From NCBI GenBank assembly GCA_019311115.1, contig JAFDDB010000025.1:1-32747 (forward strand): a stretch of 32,747 nt of DNA, written 5' to 3'. The first letter of the stretch is position 1. Each line of letters starts with the position of its first letter. Under the pieces are notes generated by a model. That model had not been told where the DNA came from, ran no database searches, and worked only from the letters and a program-made list of their open reading frames with translations. Source of the DNA: Deltaproteobacteria bacterium (lineage in GTDB: Bacteria; Myxococcota_A; UBA9160; SZUA-336). The translations under genes were made by a program, and so were the position numbers. This document shows positions 19,933 to 28,575 of the stretch, piece after piece.

Positions 19933-20607
19933 TTGCCGCGCAGACACCTCATCCGACGGGAGACGGCGGGCTCGATCCTGCTGGCGAGCCTCTTGCTGCT
20001 GGTGCTCGTCGTGCCGATCGCCGTAGGGGGCGACCGCTCGGAGAGCGTCCTGCGCACGGCTCTCGGTTTTACGGCGATCGCCTGTGTCGGGCTCCTGTCC
20101 AACGTGCGGTGGGCGCTCTTCGCGATGGTCGCGCTCGCGCTCGTGCACGAGGCTCTCCACCTGCCCGAGCCGCCCTTGATCACGGCGCTGCAATCCCAGG
20201 TGGTGGTCGCGCTTCAGCTGGCCCTGATCGCGGGCTTCGTGGTGCGGCACCTGATGCGCGTGCGCCAGGCCACGGCCGACACGGTGGCGAGCGCGGTCAG
20301 CGGCTACCTGCTACTCGCCATGCTCTGGGCCACCTTCTACTCGATCGCCGAGCTGGCGTCGCCGGGATCCTTCCTGGTCCACGACGTGTCGGTGAGCCAG
20401 CACCCGATGGGGCACTCGACCTTCTTCTACTTCAGCCTGGTGACGATCTCGACGCTCGGGTTCGGCGACATCGTCCCCGCCACGCCGCGTGCGGGTCTGC
20501 TCACGGCGCTCGAGTCGGTCGTCGGGCAGTTCTACATCGCGATCCTGGTCGCCCGCATCGTGGCCCTGCAGGTCGTAGCGCGTCGGGACGCGAGTCCGGC
20601 CGACTGA
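19933..20607 (+). CDS. ion-channel protein (Ion_trans_2; K+-channel-like pore TLGFGD)
   Basis: 224 aa, several TM helices, and a selectivity-filter-like pore loop FFYFSLVTISTLGFGDIVP. TTG start preceded by GGGGGAG. Confidence 0.6.
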   Translation: MPRRHLIRRETAGSILLASLLLLVLVVPIAVGGDRSESVLRTALGFTAIACVGLLSNVRWALFAMVALALVHEALHLPEPPLITALQSQVVVALQLALIAGFVVRHLMRVRQATADTVASAVSGYLLLAMLWATFYSIAELASPGSFLVHDVSVSQHPMGHSTFFYFSLVTISTLGFGDIVPATPRAGLLTALESVVGQFYIAILVARIVALQVVARRDASPAD

Positions 20608-20669
20608 GCACGCCCCCCCGCGCAGGGCCGTCTGGTAGGATCGCGGCGAATCCAGCGAGGGAGAGCCCC

Positions 20670-21497
20670 ATGTCCGAGCGAGTCTCGATCCAGATCCAGG
20701 ACGGCGTCGCCGACGTGCGCCTGAACCGTCCCGACAAGATGAACGCGCTCGACCAGCCGATGTTCCGGGGACTGATCCAAGCTGGACTCGACGTGGCCTC
20801 GGACCCGTCGGTGCGCGCCGTCGTGCTGTCGGGCGAGGGGCGCGCCTTCTGCGCCGGCCTCGACTTCTCGAGCTTCCAGGCCATGTCTGGCGGCGGGAGC
20901 GGCGAGAACGGCGAGCGTAGTGACGCCCGGGACCTGCTCGCCGGCGGTTCGGACAGCCCGGCGAACTTCGCGCAGCGCGCGGCGTACATCTGGCAGGAGG
21001 TGCCCGTCCCCGTGATCGCCGCGGTGCACGGAGTCGCCTACGGCGGCGGTTTCCAGATCGCGATGGGCGCCGACATCCGCTACGTGGCGCCCGACGCGCG
21101 CCTGTCCGTGATGGAGGTCAAGTGGGGACTGATCCCCGACATGAGCGGCACGCAGACGCTGCGCCACCTGGTCGGACTCGACGTCGCCAAGAAGCTCACG
21201 TTCACCGGCCAGATCGTGGCCGGAAGCGAAGCCAAGCAGATGGGCCTCGCGACCGAGGTCTCGGAGCAGCCGCTCGAGGACGCGCTCGCCCTGGCGCGCG
21301 AGATTGCGAGCAAGTCCCCGGACGCCATCCGCGCGGCCAAGCAACTTCTGAACGCGGCGCCGCTGTCGAGCGTCGCCGAGGGCCTAAAGCTCGAAGAGAA
21401 GCTACAGCGCGGGCTCATCGGCAGCCCGAACCAAATCGAGTCGGTCAAGGCGAACATGGAGAAGCGGGCGCCGAAGTTCAGCGACCCCTCCTCCTAG
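20670..21497 (+). CDS. enoyl-CoA hydratase/isomerase (crotonase superfamily)
   Basis: MSERVSIQIQDGVADVRLNRPDKMNAL ... AVVLSGEGRAFCAGLD ... AAVHGVAYGGGFQIAMGADIRY. ATG preceded by GAGGGAGAG. The upstream 187 codons of the track ORF overlap the channel gene in another frame. Confidence 0.85.
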   Translation: MSERVSIQIQDGVADVRLNRPDKMNALDQPMFRGLIQAGLDVASDPSVRAVVLSGEGRAFCAGLDFSSFQAMSGGGSGENGERSDARDLLAGGSDSPANFAQRAAYIWQEVPVPVIAAVHGVAYGGGFQIAMGADIRYVAPDARLSVMEVKWGLIPDMSGTQTLRHLVGLDVAKKLTFTGQIVAGSEAKQMGLATEVSEQPLEDALALAREIASKSPDAIRAAKQLLNAAPLSSVAEGLKLEEKLQRGLIGSPNQIESVKANMEKRAPKFSDPSS

Positions 21498-21501
21498 GAA
21501 A

Positions 21502-21524
21502 CGCGGCGCGTCTCAGCCGCCGCG
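21502..21524. terminator. GC hairpin cgcggcg-N9-cgccgcg between convergent genes (weak, no U-tract)
   Basis: A 7-bp stem with a 9-nt loop spans the hydratase stop and the adenylyltransferase stop. It may serve as a bidirectional attenuator. Confidence 0.2.
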
Positions 21525-21989
21525 CAGCCGCCGCGCGAGGTCGCTGCTGGAGTGCGTCTTCTCGTCGCCGCAGAAGGCGATCCGCCCTCCGTAGCGCTCG
21601 ACGATGGAGCGCTCGGGCACGCTGCCCACATCGCGGTCCATTCCCTTGATCTGGACGTCCGGCCGCAGGGCCTCGAGCAGCGGACCGGCCGTCGGCTCGG
21701 GAAAGCTGGTCACGTAGTCGATGCCAGCGATCGCCGCGACCACCTCCATGCGCTCGGCGAGCGGCACCAGGGGACGCCCGTCGCCCTTGCTCTCGCGCAC
21801 GCTCTCGTCGGTGTTGAGCGCGACCACGAGCACGTCGGCTTCTGTGCGGGCGTCGGCCAGCAGCCTCACGTGCCCCACGTGGATCAGGTCGAAGCAGCCG
21901 TTGGCCACGGCGACGGTGCGACGGTCCGACCGCTCATCCTCGAGCCTCGGACCCAGGTCGTGGTAGTCGAGAACGATGCGAGCACTCAC
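21513..21989 (-). CDS. D-glycero-beta-D-manno-heptose-1-phosphate adenylyltransferase (HldE domain II / RfaE-II, stand-alone)
   Basis: I chose the GTG at 21989 (GTGA overlap with the heptosyltransferase stop). VAVANGCFDLIHVGHVRLLADA ... ALNTDESVRESKGDGRPLVPLAERMEVVAAIAGIDYVTSF aligns along its length with E. coli HldE C-terminal domain, and the (T/H)xGH motif is present. Confidence 0.85.
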   Translation of the reverse strand: MSARIVLDYHDLGPRLEDERSDRRTVAVANGCFDLIHVGHVRLLADARTEADVLVVALNTDESVRESKGDGRPLVPLAERMEVVAAIAGIDYVTSFPEPTAGPLLEALRPDVQIKGMDRDVGSVPERSIVERYGGRIAFCGDEKTHSSSDLARRLRGG

Positions 21990-23053
21990 GATAGAAGCTC
22001 CTCTCCAGCCCGGACCACGCGCTCGGGGGAGAGACGCGTCATGCAGCGATGGTCGATCGGGCAGACCTTCAGGTGACAGGGACTGCAGTCGACGTCCTCT
22101 CGCAGAACGCGCTGCCGCTCGAGCAGGTGCGCGGTGTGCCGGGGATCCGTCGGACCCATCACCACCACGACCGGCGTGCCGCACGCAACCGCGATGTGGC
22201 GCGGTCCCGTGTCGTTGGTGAGCAGCAGCCGGGCGTCGTCGATCAACGCCGCCAGCGCCGCGAGACCCGTGACCGGATCCACCAGTGCGACGGGCTTCTC
22301 CTGCATCCGCTCGGCGATCGCCGCCACGATGGGCTCCTCTCCTGGTCCGGGCGCCAACACCGTGCGCAATCCGAGTTCGCGGGCGAGGCGGTCGCAGGCC
22401 TCGGCAAAGTGCTCGGCGGGCCAGAGCTTGCTCGCGCCGAAGTTGGCGCCTGGAGTCACCACCACGTACCCGGCCGCGTCCCGCATGCCGGCCGCCTCGA
22501 GGCGCGCGCGCACGGCGCTCCGCGTAGACTCGTCGATCGCCACGTCGAGTTCCTCGCCCGCGTCCGCGCAGCCGAGTTCGCGCGTGAGGCGCAGGTAGCG
22601 CTCGATCATCGAGACCGGAACCCGCTTGCCGTCGACGCTCGGAGGCTCGAGGCTCCGGGTCAGCAGCGCCCGGCGCAGCGGATCGCGCGCGTAGCCGACG
22701 CGGACGGGGATGCGCGCCAGGAACGGAGCCGCGGCCGCTCGCGCAGAGTCGGGCAGCAGGACCGCCCAGTCGAAGCGCTCCCTTCGCAGGCGGGCGGCGC
22801 GCGAGAGCACGCCGCGCCCGTCGTCTTCGAGGAACGCGTCCACGGTCGGGAGGCCGTCTACCAGCTCGCGTATGAACGCGCGCGCCTCGAACACGATCTC
22901 GGCCTGAGGATGCGCCGTCTTCAGCGCGCGCAGCGCCGGCGTCGCCATCACCACGTCCCCCACCCAGGTGGGCGCGCGGACCAGGATCCGAGCCGGCGCG
23001 GCCTGCGCGGCCGGCGCGGACGGCTCAGAGGAAGTAGTCGCCCCGCTCCTCAC
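21986..23053 (-). CDS. ADP-heptose:LPS heptosyltransferase (glycosyltransferase family 9, WaaF/WaaC-like)
   Basis: 355 aa. ILVRAPTWVGDVVMATPALRAL ... LLTNDTGPRHIAVACGTPVVVVMGPTDP are GT9 hallmarks. The GTG start at 23053 overlaps the radical-SAM gene end by 29 nt. Confidence 0.8.
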   Translation of the reverse strand: MRSGATTSSEPSAPAAQAAPARILVRAPTWVGDVVMATPALRALKTAHPQAEIVFEARAFIRELVDGLPTVDAFLEDDGRGVLSRAARLRRERFDWAVLLPDSARAAAAPFLARIPVRVGYARDPLRRALLTRSLEPPSVDGKRVPVSMIERYLRLTRELGCADAGEELDVAIDESTRSAVRARLEAAGMRDAAGYVVVTPGANFGASKLWPAEHFAEACDRLARELGLRTVLAPGPGEEPIVAAIAERMQEKPVALVDPVTGLAALAALIDDARLLLTNDTGPRHIAVACGTPVVVVMGPTDPRHTAHLLERQRVLREDVDCSPCHLKVCPIDHRCMTRLSPERVVRAGEELLS

Positions 23054-24248
23054 CCGGCTCGATCTCCGCGTCTCCCCGAGGGTCCTCGATCATCTTCTCG
23101 AGCCACCAGTTGACGCCGTTGTAGAGGCAGGTGACCTGGGCGCACTCGTTGCTGGCGTCGAAGGTGTCGAGGATGCGCGCCAGGTCGCCGCCGGTCGACG
23201 CCGCCTGGCTCTCGTCGGCCCAGGCGCGTGGACTGCCGATCTTGGCCTTCTCGACTCCCCGGTGCGCCGGGCAGTTGTACAGCCCCGTCGGTGTCAGCAC
23301 CTGGCGAAGCGCCTGCATGTGGCAGACGCGCGGCTGCTTGGTGAAGTCGCGCCAGTTTCCCTGCTCGAGCAGGCGCAGGTTGGTGCTCTCGTAGACCTCG
23401 AAGCCGTCCGTCTCCAGCTCCTTGGCGCGGTCGACGCCGGCACGGATGCGCGCGACGACCTCCGCGGTCTGGCTCGCGGTCTTGTCGGGGTCCATCACCT
23501 CGGCGCCCGAGTCCTGCCGTTCGAGTACCGGCTTGTACGCGATGTAGTCGAACTCGAACCTGCGCGCGCGCTCCGCGGCCATCACGATCTCATCGATGTT
23601 CTCGTGGAGTTGCTCGCCTTCGCGCGAAGCGCCGCCCCACACGATGATGTACGAGAAGCCGACGCGGACCTCGGGGTTCGCCGCCTTGATCTTCGGCACC
23701 CACTCGCAGACGAAGTCGAGGTCGCACTTCTTGTTGACGGGCTTGTGCATGGCCAGGAACAGCTCGTTGCTGCCCGAGTCGAGCGACAGGCGGATCCAGT
23801 CGCGCGAGTCCATGTGGCGGGCGGCCTCGATCAGCCGGTCGCCGCGGCTGCCGTTCGAGACGATCGAGACCTGGAGCTTCAGCGACTTCAGGAACTCGAT
23901 GAAGCCTACGAAGCCCGGGAACAGGGTGGGCTCGCCGCCGCCGATCACGATGACCGACTTGAGACCCCGCTGGCTCATCAGCTCGATCGACGAGCGGAGG
24001 TCCTCTTCGCGGTGCTTGTCCGCGGTGTTCAGGATGTCCCAGTCGATGCAGTGCGTGCAGCGGTAGTTGCACGCCGTCGTCAGGTCGAGGTTGATCGAGA
24101 TCGGCGCGATGTCGGGCGCCGTCGGCTCGTCCTCGCCCGCGGCGCGGGCGCGCGCGACGGCGCGCCGCCACGTGACGTACTCCTGGACCAGGGGCGACAC
24201 GGACGGCTGGCGCAGCTTGCCCGTGAAGTCGTGGATTGCGTGCGTCAA
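23025..24248 (-). CDS. radical SAM enzyme (CxxxCxxC; subfamily not assigned)
   Basis: 407 aa. CNYRCTHC cluster-binding motif, SAM-binding VIVIGGGEPTLFP, and four additional C-terminal Cys (VCHMQ, YNCPAH, CAQVTC). TTG start overlaps the oxidoreductase stop (TTGA). Confidence 0.8.
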   Translation of the reverse strand: MTHAIHDFTGKLRQPSVSPLVQEYVTWRRAVARARAAGEDEPTAPDIAPISINLDLTTACNYRCTHCIDWDILNTADKHREEDLRSSIELMSQRGLKSVIVIGGGEPTLFPGFVGFIEFLKSLKLQVSIVSNGSRGDRLIEAARHMDSRDWIRLSLDSGSNELFLAMHKPVNKKCDLDFVCEWVPKIKAANPEVRVGFSYIIVWGGASREGEQLHENIDEIVMAAERARRFEFDYIAYKPVLERQDSGAEVMDPDKTASQTAEVVARIRAGVDRAKELETDGFEVYESTNLRLLEQGNWRDFTKQPRVCHMQALRQVLTPTGLYNCPAHRGVEKAKIGSPRAWADESQAASTGGDLARILDTFDASNECAQVTCLYNGVNWWLEKMIEDPRGDAEIEPGEERGDYFL

Positions 24249-25189
24249 ACAGCCTCTCCTCGGTAGGCGGCGACCAGGCTCTCGAGCATCTGCATGCGCT
24301 GTGCGATCTGCCAGGACTCGGGGTCCGGCACGGCCGCTTCGAGTGCCCTCACAAAGCGCTCCAGCAGGGTTCGCAATGGATCCGAAAGCGCGACGGACCG
24401 GTCTTCGGCCGCGAAGAGCATAGAATAGTCCGACTTTCGCACCAACCGCTCCGCGCTCTTCCCGTTGATGGAGAGAGACGCCCTGCGCGGGACGCTTTCG
24501 CCTCGCTCCAGGCGGACCGAGACCGGCGCGGCCACGCTCCCGGCGCGGTAGACGAAGCGCACGACCACCGCCTCTGGCTCAGTCCCGGTCGCGAATCCGG
24601 GGTCTTCCAGCCTCGCGTCGCGGTCGGGGGCGAGCGCCTGCAGGAGGCTCAGGGGGTGGGAGAGGCTGTCGACGAGCATCTGCTCGCCATGGCTCTCGGG
24701 CGAAAGTCGCATCTCGAACCGCTCCAGCGGAGCCGAGACCGTGCCCGGGTGGAGCGACTCGAAGGCCGCCAGCGTGCAGGGCCACTGGCAGTTCTCGACC
24801 AGCACCCGTCCGCGGTCGGCAAAGCTCCGGACCAGGTCCGCCGCGCGCTCGGCCGACCCGACTCCGCTCCAGATCAGCGGCTTCTCGCACAGCACGTGCA
24901 GCCCGCAGTCGAGCGCGCGGCGCAGGTGCGCCTCGTGCGTCTCGACGGGGGACAGGATCGCCAGCGCGTCGAGCGACTCGGCCGCGAAGAGCGCGTCGGG
25001 GTCGGCGTACGCGCGCACGTCGATCCCCTGGTCCCGAAGCTCGGCGCGCGCCTGCTCGGCGGTGTCAGCGCTCGTGCCGAGCACACAGGTCACGTCGGCG
25101 CCGAGTGCGGCGAGGTCGCGCGCCACGAACGGGCCGAGGCCCTGGCGCACGCGCCGCGCGCCGACCAGCCCGATGCGCGGGCCGCTCAC
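24245..25189 (-). CDS. Gfo/Idh/MocA-family NAD(P)-dependent oxidoreductase
   Basis: I chose the GTG at 25189 (overlaps the NUDIX stop, GTGA). N-terminal Rossmann RIGLVGARRVRQGLGPF, the family's EKP motif in LHVLCEKPL, and a C-terminal alpha/beta domain. The upstream 212 codons of the track ORF are Arg-rich and lie inside the NUDIX gene. Confidence 0.7.
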   Translation of the reverse strand: MSGPRIGLVGARRVRQGLGPFVARDLAALGADVTCVLGTSADTAEQARAELRDQGIDVRAYADPDALFAAESLDALAILSPVETHEAHLRRALDCGLHVLCEKPLIWSGVGSAERAADLVRSFADRGRVLVENCQWPCTLAAFESLHPGTVSAPLERFEMRLSPESHGEQMLVDSLSHPLSLLQALAPDRDARLEDPGFATGTEPEAVVVRFVYRAGSVAAPVSVRLERGESVPRRASLSINGKSAERLVRKSDYSMLFAAEDRSVALSDPLRTLLERFVRALEAAVPDPESWQIAQRMQMLESLVAAYRGEAV

Positions 25190-25965
25190 GCGCCGCGGCC
25201 GGCGCGGCCTACGGGACCGGCGACGCCCAGGGAGCGGTAGCGGCGCCGCCACTCCTCGGGAAGCTCGTCGACGAACGCGCGAAGCTGCGGCAGGTAGCCC
25301 AGGTGGTCGGCCAGCCGCAGCAGCGCGAGCTCGGTCTTCATGTCGGGGATCTCGCCGCGCCGGCATGCCTCGATCGCCTCGCCGAGCTCGCGGAGGACCG
25401 CACCGCCAGCCTCCTCCATCACGCTGCCGTCGCCCGTCGGCGCCTCGCGCTCGTCGAGCTTCACCGCACCCGCGCAGAAGTAGACCTTCTCGTCGCTGGT
25501 GCCGGGACTCGCGAAGGTCTCGCCCCCGATCGGCACGAACGCGCCCGCCTCGGCGCTGATGCCGACCTCCTCGCGCGCCTCGAGCGCCGCGCGCCGGGCG
25601 AGACCCGCGTCGCCGGGGCCGTCCCCGTCCTCGATCAGTCCCGCGACGACCTCGAGGATGCTGTCGTACTCGCGCGGGTCCGGGTGCTCGAAGCGTCTCT
25701 GCCTGCGCAGCCAGATCGGCGGGCGCGTGTTCTCGCGCAGTAGCACGTGGACGCGGCGCTCCGCGTCGACCTCGTACAGGACGGCCACGACCGCGTCGCT
25801 GCCCGGGCGCGAGACGACGTCGCACGGGTACACGTCGGAGGTCGTACCGTCGCTGTAGTGGTTGCGCAGGCGCAGCCGCGCGAGCTTCAAGAAGCCCTCG
25901 TCACAGCGGCTGGCGGACGTCCGGTCCTCGACGACCTCGATGGTGCGGATTTCCATGCGTTCCAT
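25186..25965 (-). CDS. NUDIX hydrolase (nucleoside-diphosphate-sugar pyrophosphatase-like)
   Basis: NUDIX box GLIEDGDGPGDAGLARRAALEAREEVG matches Gx5Ex7REuxEExGu. I chose the ATG at 25965 (MERMEIRTIEV); 25956 is an alternative. Confidence 0.75.
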   Translation of the reverse strand: MERMEIRTIEVVEDRTSASRCDEGFLKLARLRLRNHYSDGTTSDVYPCDVVSRPGSDAVVAVLYEVDAERRVHVLLRENTRPPIWLRRQRRFEHPDPREYDSILEVVAGLIEDGDGPGDAGLARRAALEAREEVGISAEAGAFVPIGGETFASPGTSDEKVYFCAGAVKLDEREAPTGDGSVMEEAGGAVLRELGEAIEACRRGEIPDMKTELALLRLADHLGYLPQLRAFVDELPEEWRRRYRSLGVAGPVGRAGRGA

Positions 25966-26033
25966 CCGTCGGCAGCTTAGGCCAGACCGCCTCCCCATCC
26001 CACGAGCGCGGCGGCCTGCGGTAGCATCCGCGC

Positions 26034-27077
26034 ATGTCCGACCTAGCTGCCCTTCCGCCCCAGACCGCCGGCGTCCCGTGGCCCACCGACACCTGGCCCG
26101 AGGCTCCTCCCGGGCCCGGCGTCGACGCCGCCCGCATCGACAAGACCCTCGACCGCCTCTTTGCCGAGCCGCCCGAGGGCGGCGCGCTCGAGAGCGGCGA
26201 GACCCGCTCCGTCCTCATCGCACACCGCGGCCGCGTCGTGGTCGAACGCTACGGGCCGGAGCTGGGCCCCGACTCGCCCTTCCCGTCCTGGTCGTGCGCC
26301 AAGAGCATCCTGCACGCGCTGGTCGGGATCCTCGTTTCGCAGGGCAAGCTCGAGGTCCACTCCCCGGCCGACGTGCCGGAGTGGCAGGGCGACGGGCGAA
26401 AGGACATCACGCTCGACGCCCTGCTGCGCATGAGCAGCGGCCTGGCGTTCAACGAGGACTACGTGGACACCGAGGGCTCCGACGCCATCCGCATGCTCTT
26501 CGGCGAGGGCAAGGAAGACGTGTCGGCCTACGCCGCGGCCAAGCCGCTCGCGCACGACCCGGACACGTTCTTCTCGTACTCGAGCGGCACCAGCAACGTC
26601 GTCTCGTCGATCGTCCGCAGAGCGCTCGGCGTCGACGAGTCCGGCTACCGCGAGTTCATGCACCGCGAACTCTTCGACCGGCTCGGAATGCGCAGCGTGG
26701 ACCCGCGCTTCGACGCGTCGGGCACCTTCATCGGGTCGTCGTTCGTGTTCGCGACGGCGCGCGACTTCGCGCGCTTCGGGCTGCTCTACCTGCGCGACGG
26801 GATCTGGGAAGGCCGCCGCATCCTGCCCGAGGGCTGGGTGGACTACGCGCGGACGCCCACGCCGACCGACCCCGAGGCGAGCTACGGCGCACATTGGTGG
26901 CTGGCGCAGGACGGCTCGCCGATCTTCAACGCCAGCGGCTACAAGGGGCAGTACATCGTGGTCGTGCCCGACCGCGACCTGGTCCTGGTTCGCACGGGCG
27001 ACTCGGAGCCGGAGCAGCGCGGCGCCGTGCTGCGCGCGCTCGCGGAGCTGGTCCGCTGCTTCGGCCGGTCCGTCTGA
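26034..27077 (+). CDS. serine hydrolase, beta-lactamase/transpeptidase fold (class C / esterase-like)
   Basis: 347 aa. SxxK active site SWSCAKS and a YxN-like element (NEDYVDT; tentative). No obvious signal peptide. Confidence 0.8.
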   Translation: MSDLAALPPQTAGVPWPTDTWPEAPPGPGVDAARIDKTLDRLFAEPPEGGALESGETRSVLIAHRGRVVVERYGPELGPDSPFPSWSCAKSILHALVGILVSQGKLEVHSPADVPEWQGDGRKDITLDALLRMSSGLAFNEDYVDTEGSDAIRMLFGEGKEDVSAYAAAKPLAHDPDTFFSYSSGTSNVVSSIVRRALGVDESGYREFMHRELFDRLGMRSVDPRFDASGTFIGSSFVFATARDFARFGLLYLRDGIWEGRRILPEGWVDYARTPTPTDPEASYGAHWWLAQDGSPIFNASGYKGQYIVVVPDRDLVLVRTGDSEPEQRGAVLRALAELVRCFGRSV

Positions 27078-27112
27078 GCGGGCTCGCGGTCTGAGCTGGC
27101 TCTGCGTCCGCG

Positions 27113-28486
27113 CTAGCTCCGCTCGAGCAGCTCCGTCATGCCGGCCTGGATGCCGCGGGCTAGCACGTCGATGTCGGGCGCGCTCTCGTAGTCGCCCGTG
27201 ATGCCGAAGTTGAGCTGGCCGGCGTACGAGAAGATCGCCACGCCGATCCGCACCGAGCCGGCGAGCGGCACGTACGGACGCGCAGTCAGCATGCGCCGAC
27301 CGGCCGCGTAGAGCGGCGTCTGCGGCCCCGGCACATTCGTCGTGACGGTCTGCACCGTGTGCTGCTCGAGCCTGGCGAAGAGCCGCGCACCGAGCGCGAG
27401 CAGCATCGGGGGAGCGAAGCCCGACAGCGACGTCAGCGTCTCGGCGGCGACCGCCTGCTTGCTCTCCTTCAGGTGGTCCATCTGGCCGCGGATCGACTCG
27501 AGCCGTTCGATCGGATCGGCGAGGCCCACCGGAAGCTCGGCAAACATGGCCGACACGCGGTTGTTGTACGCACCCTGCTCGTCGGCGCGCCGCACCGAGA
27601 CGGGCACGAGCGAGCGCACGACCTGTCCGTCCACCGCTTCACCGCGTCCGAGCAGCAGGTCGCGGAAGCCTCGCGTGATGATCGAGAGCACGACGTCGTT
27701 CACCGTTCCGCCGTGGGCGGTGCGGACCTTCTTGATCTCGGGGATCGTGGTCTCGGCCCAGGTCCAGCGCCGGTGCGGGCCGATCGGACCGTTGAGCCCC
27801 GTCTCGACATTGGTGTGGAGGAAGCTGCCGAAGCTCTCCATTCCCTTGGCGAACTCGCGCAGCTCACCGGCCAGCCGCCGGGGTCCGCGGAGCGCCGAGC
27901 GGATTCCACGCCACTGCTCGCGCGGGCTGATCGCCCGCTCGGTCAGCGCTGCGCGCACCAGCTGGGAGTCGCTCGGCTCGGGCGCGGGCGTCCACGGCTC
28001 CTCGGGCTCCCGCTCCGGGTCGGGGCTCTGGTCCATGACGACGGTGAGCAGGTCGGTTCCCGACACCCCGTCGACCATGCAGTGGTGGTTCTTCGAGAGG
28101 ATCGCCCAGCGGTCCTCCTCGAGTCCCTCGACGATCCAGAGCTCCCAGAGCGGCTTCGAGCGGTCGAGCTGCTGCGACATGACGCGTCCGACCAGGTTGC
28201 GAAGCTGCGTGTCGCCACCCGGCGCGGGCAGTGCCGTCTGGCGGATGTGGTAGCGGAGGTTGAAGTGCGGGTCGTCCGTCCAGACCGGGCGCCCGAGCTC
28301 CATGGGAACGAAGCGCACCTTCTGGCGGTAGCGCGGCACGAGGCGCAGCTTCGACGAGACCATCGCGACGATGTCGTCGTACGCGGGCGCCGGCCCCTCG
28401 AAGATCGCCACCGAGGCGATGTGCATGTGGTTGACGTCGTTCTCGACGTGCAGGAACGAAGCGTCCTGGGGACTCATCCGGTCCAT
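27113..28486 (-). CDS. wax ester synthase / acyl-CoA:diacylglycerol acyltransferase (WS/DGAT)
   Basis: Catalytic HHCMVDG motif and the family N-terminus MDRMSPQDASFLHVE. ATG at 28486 with GGGAG 8 nt upstream; about 457 aa. Confidence 0.85.
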   Translation of the reverse strand: MDRMSPQDASFLHVENDVNHMHIASVAIFEGPAPAYDDIVAMVSSKLRLVPRYRQKVRFVPMELGRPVWTDDPHFNLRYHIRQTALPAPGGDTQLRNLVGRVMSQQLDRSKPLWELWIVEGLEEDRWAILSKNHHCMVDGVSGTDLLTVVMDQSPDPEREPEEPWTPAPEPSDSQLVRAALTERAISPREQWRGIRSALRGPRRLAGELREFAKGMESFGSFLHTNVETGLNGPIGPHRRWTWAETTIPEIKKVRTAHGGTVNDVVLSIITRGFRDLLLGRGEAVDGQVVRSLVPVSVRRADEQGAYNNRVSAMFAELPVGLADPIERLESIRGQMDHLKESKQAVAAETLTSLSGFAPPMLLALGARLFARLEQHTVQTVTTNVPGPQTPLYAAGRRMLTARPYVPLAGSVRIGVAIFSYAGQLNFGITGDYESAPDIDVLARGIQAGMTELLERS

Positions 28487-28575
28487 CGAAACCGCTCCCG
28501 ATCTGTCCCCCACTCCCCGGAAGCGATGCTAGCAGCTGGGACTCTCTGCGGCGACGAGTGCGCGATGAACGGCGA

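Noticed and set aside
20109-20669. N-terminal 187-codon extension of the enoyl-CoA hydratase ORF.
   Set aside because: It overlaps the K+-channel-like gene in another frame. A strong RBS (GAGGGAGAG) and the crotonase N-terminus begin at 20670.
22049-25240. + strand ORFs 22049..23113, 22968..24266 and 24236..25240 antisense to the heptosyltransferase, radical SAM and oxidoreductase genes.
   Set aside because: They show no motifs and are Arg-rich. The minus-strand frames carry the GT9, CxxxCxxC/GGGEP and Rossmann motifs.
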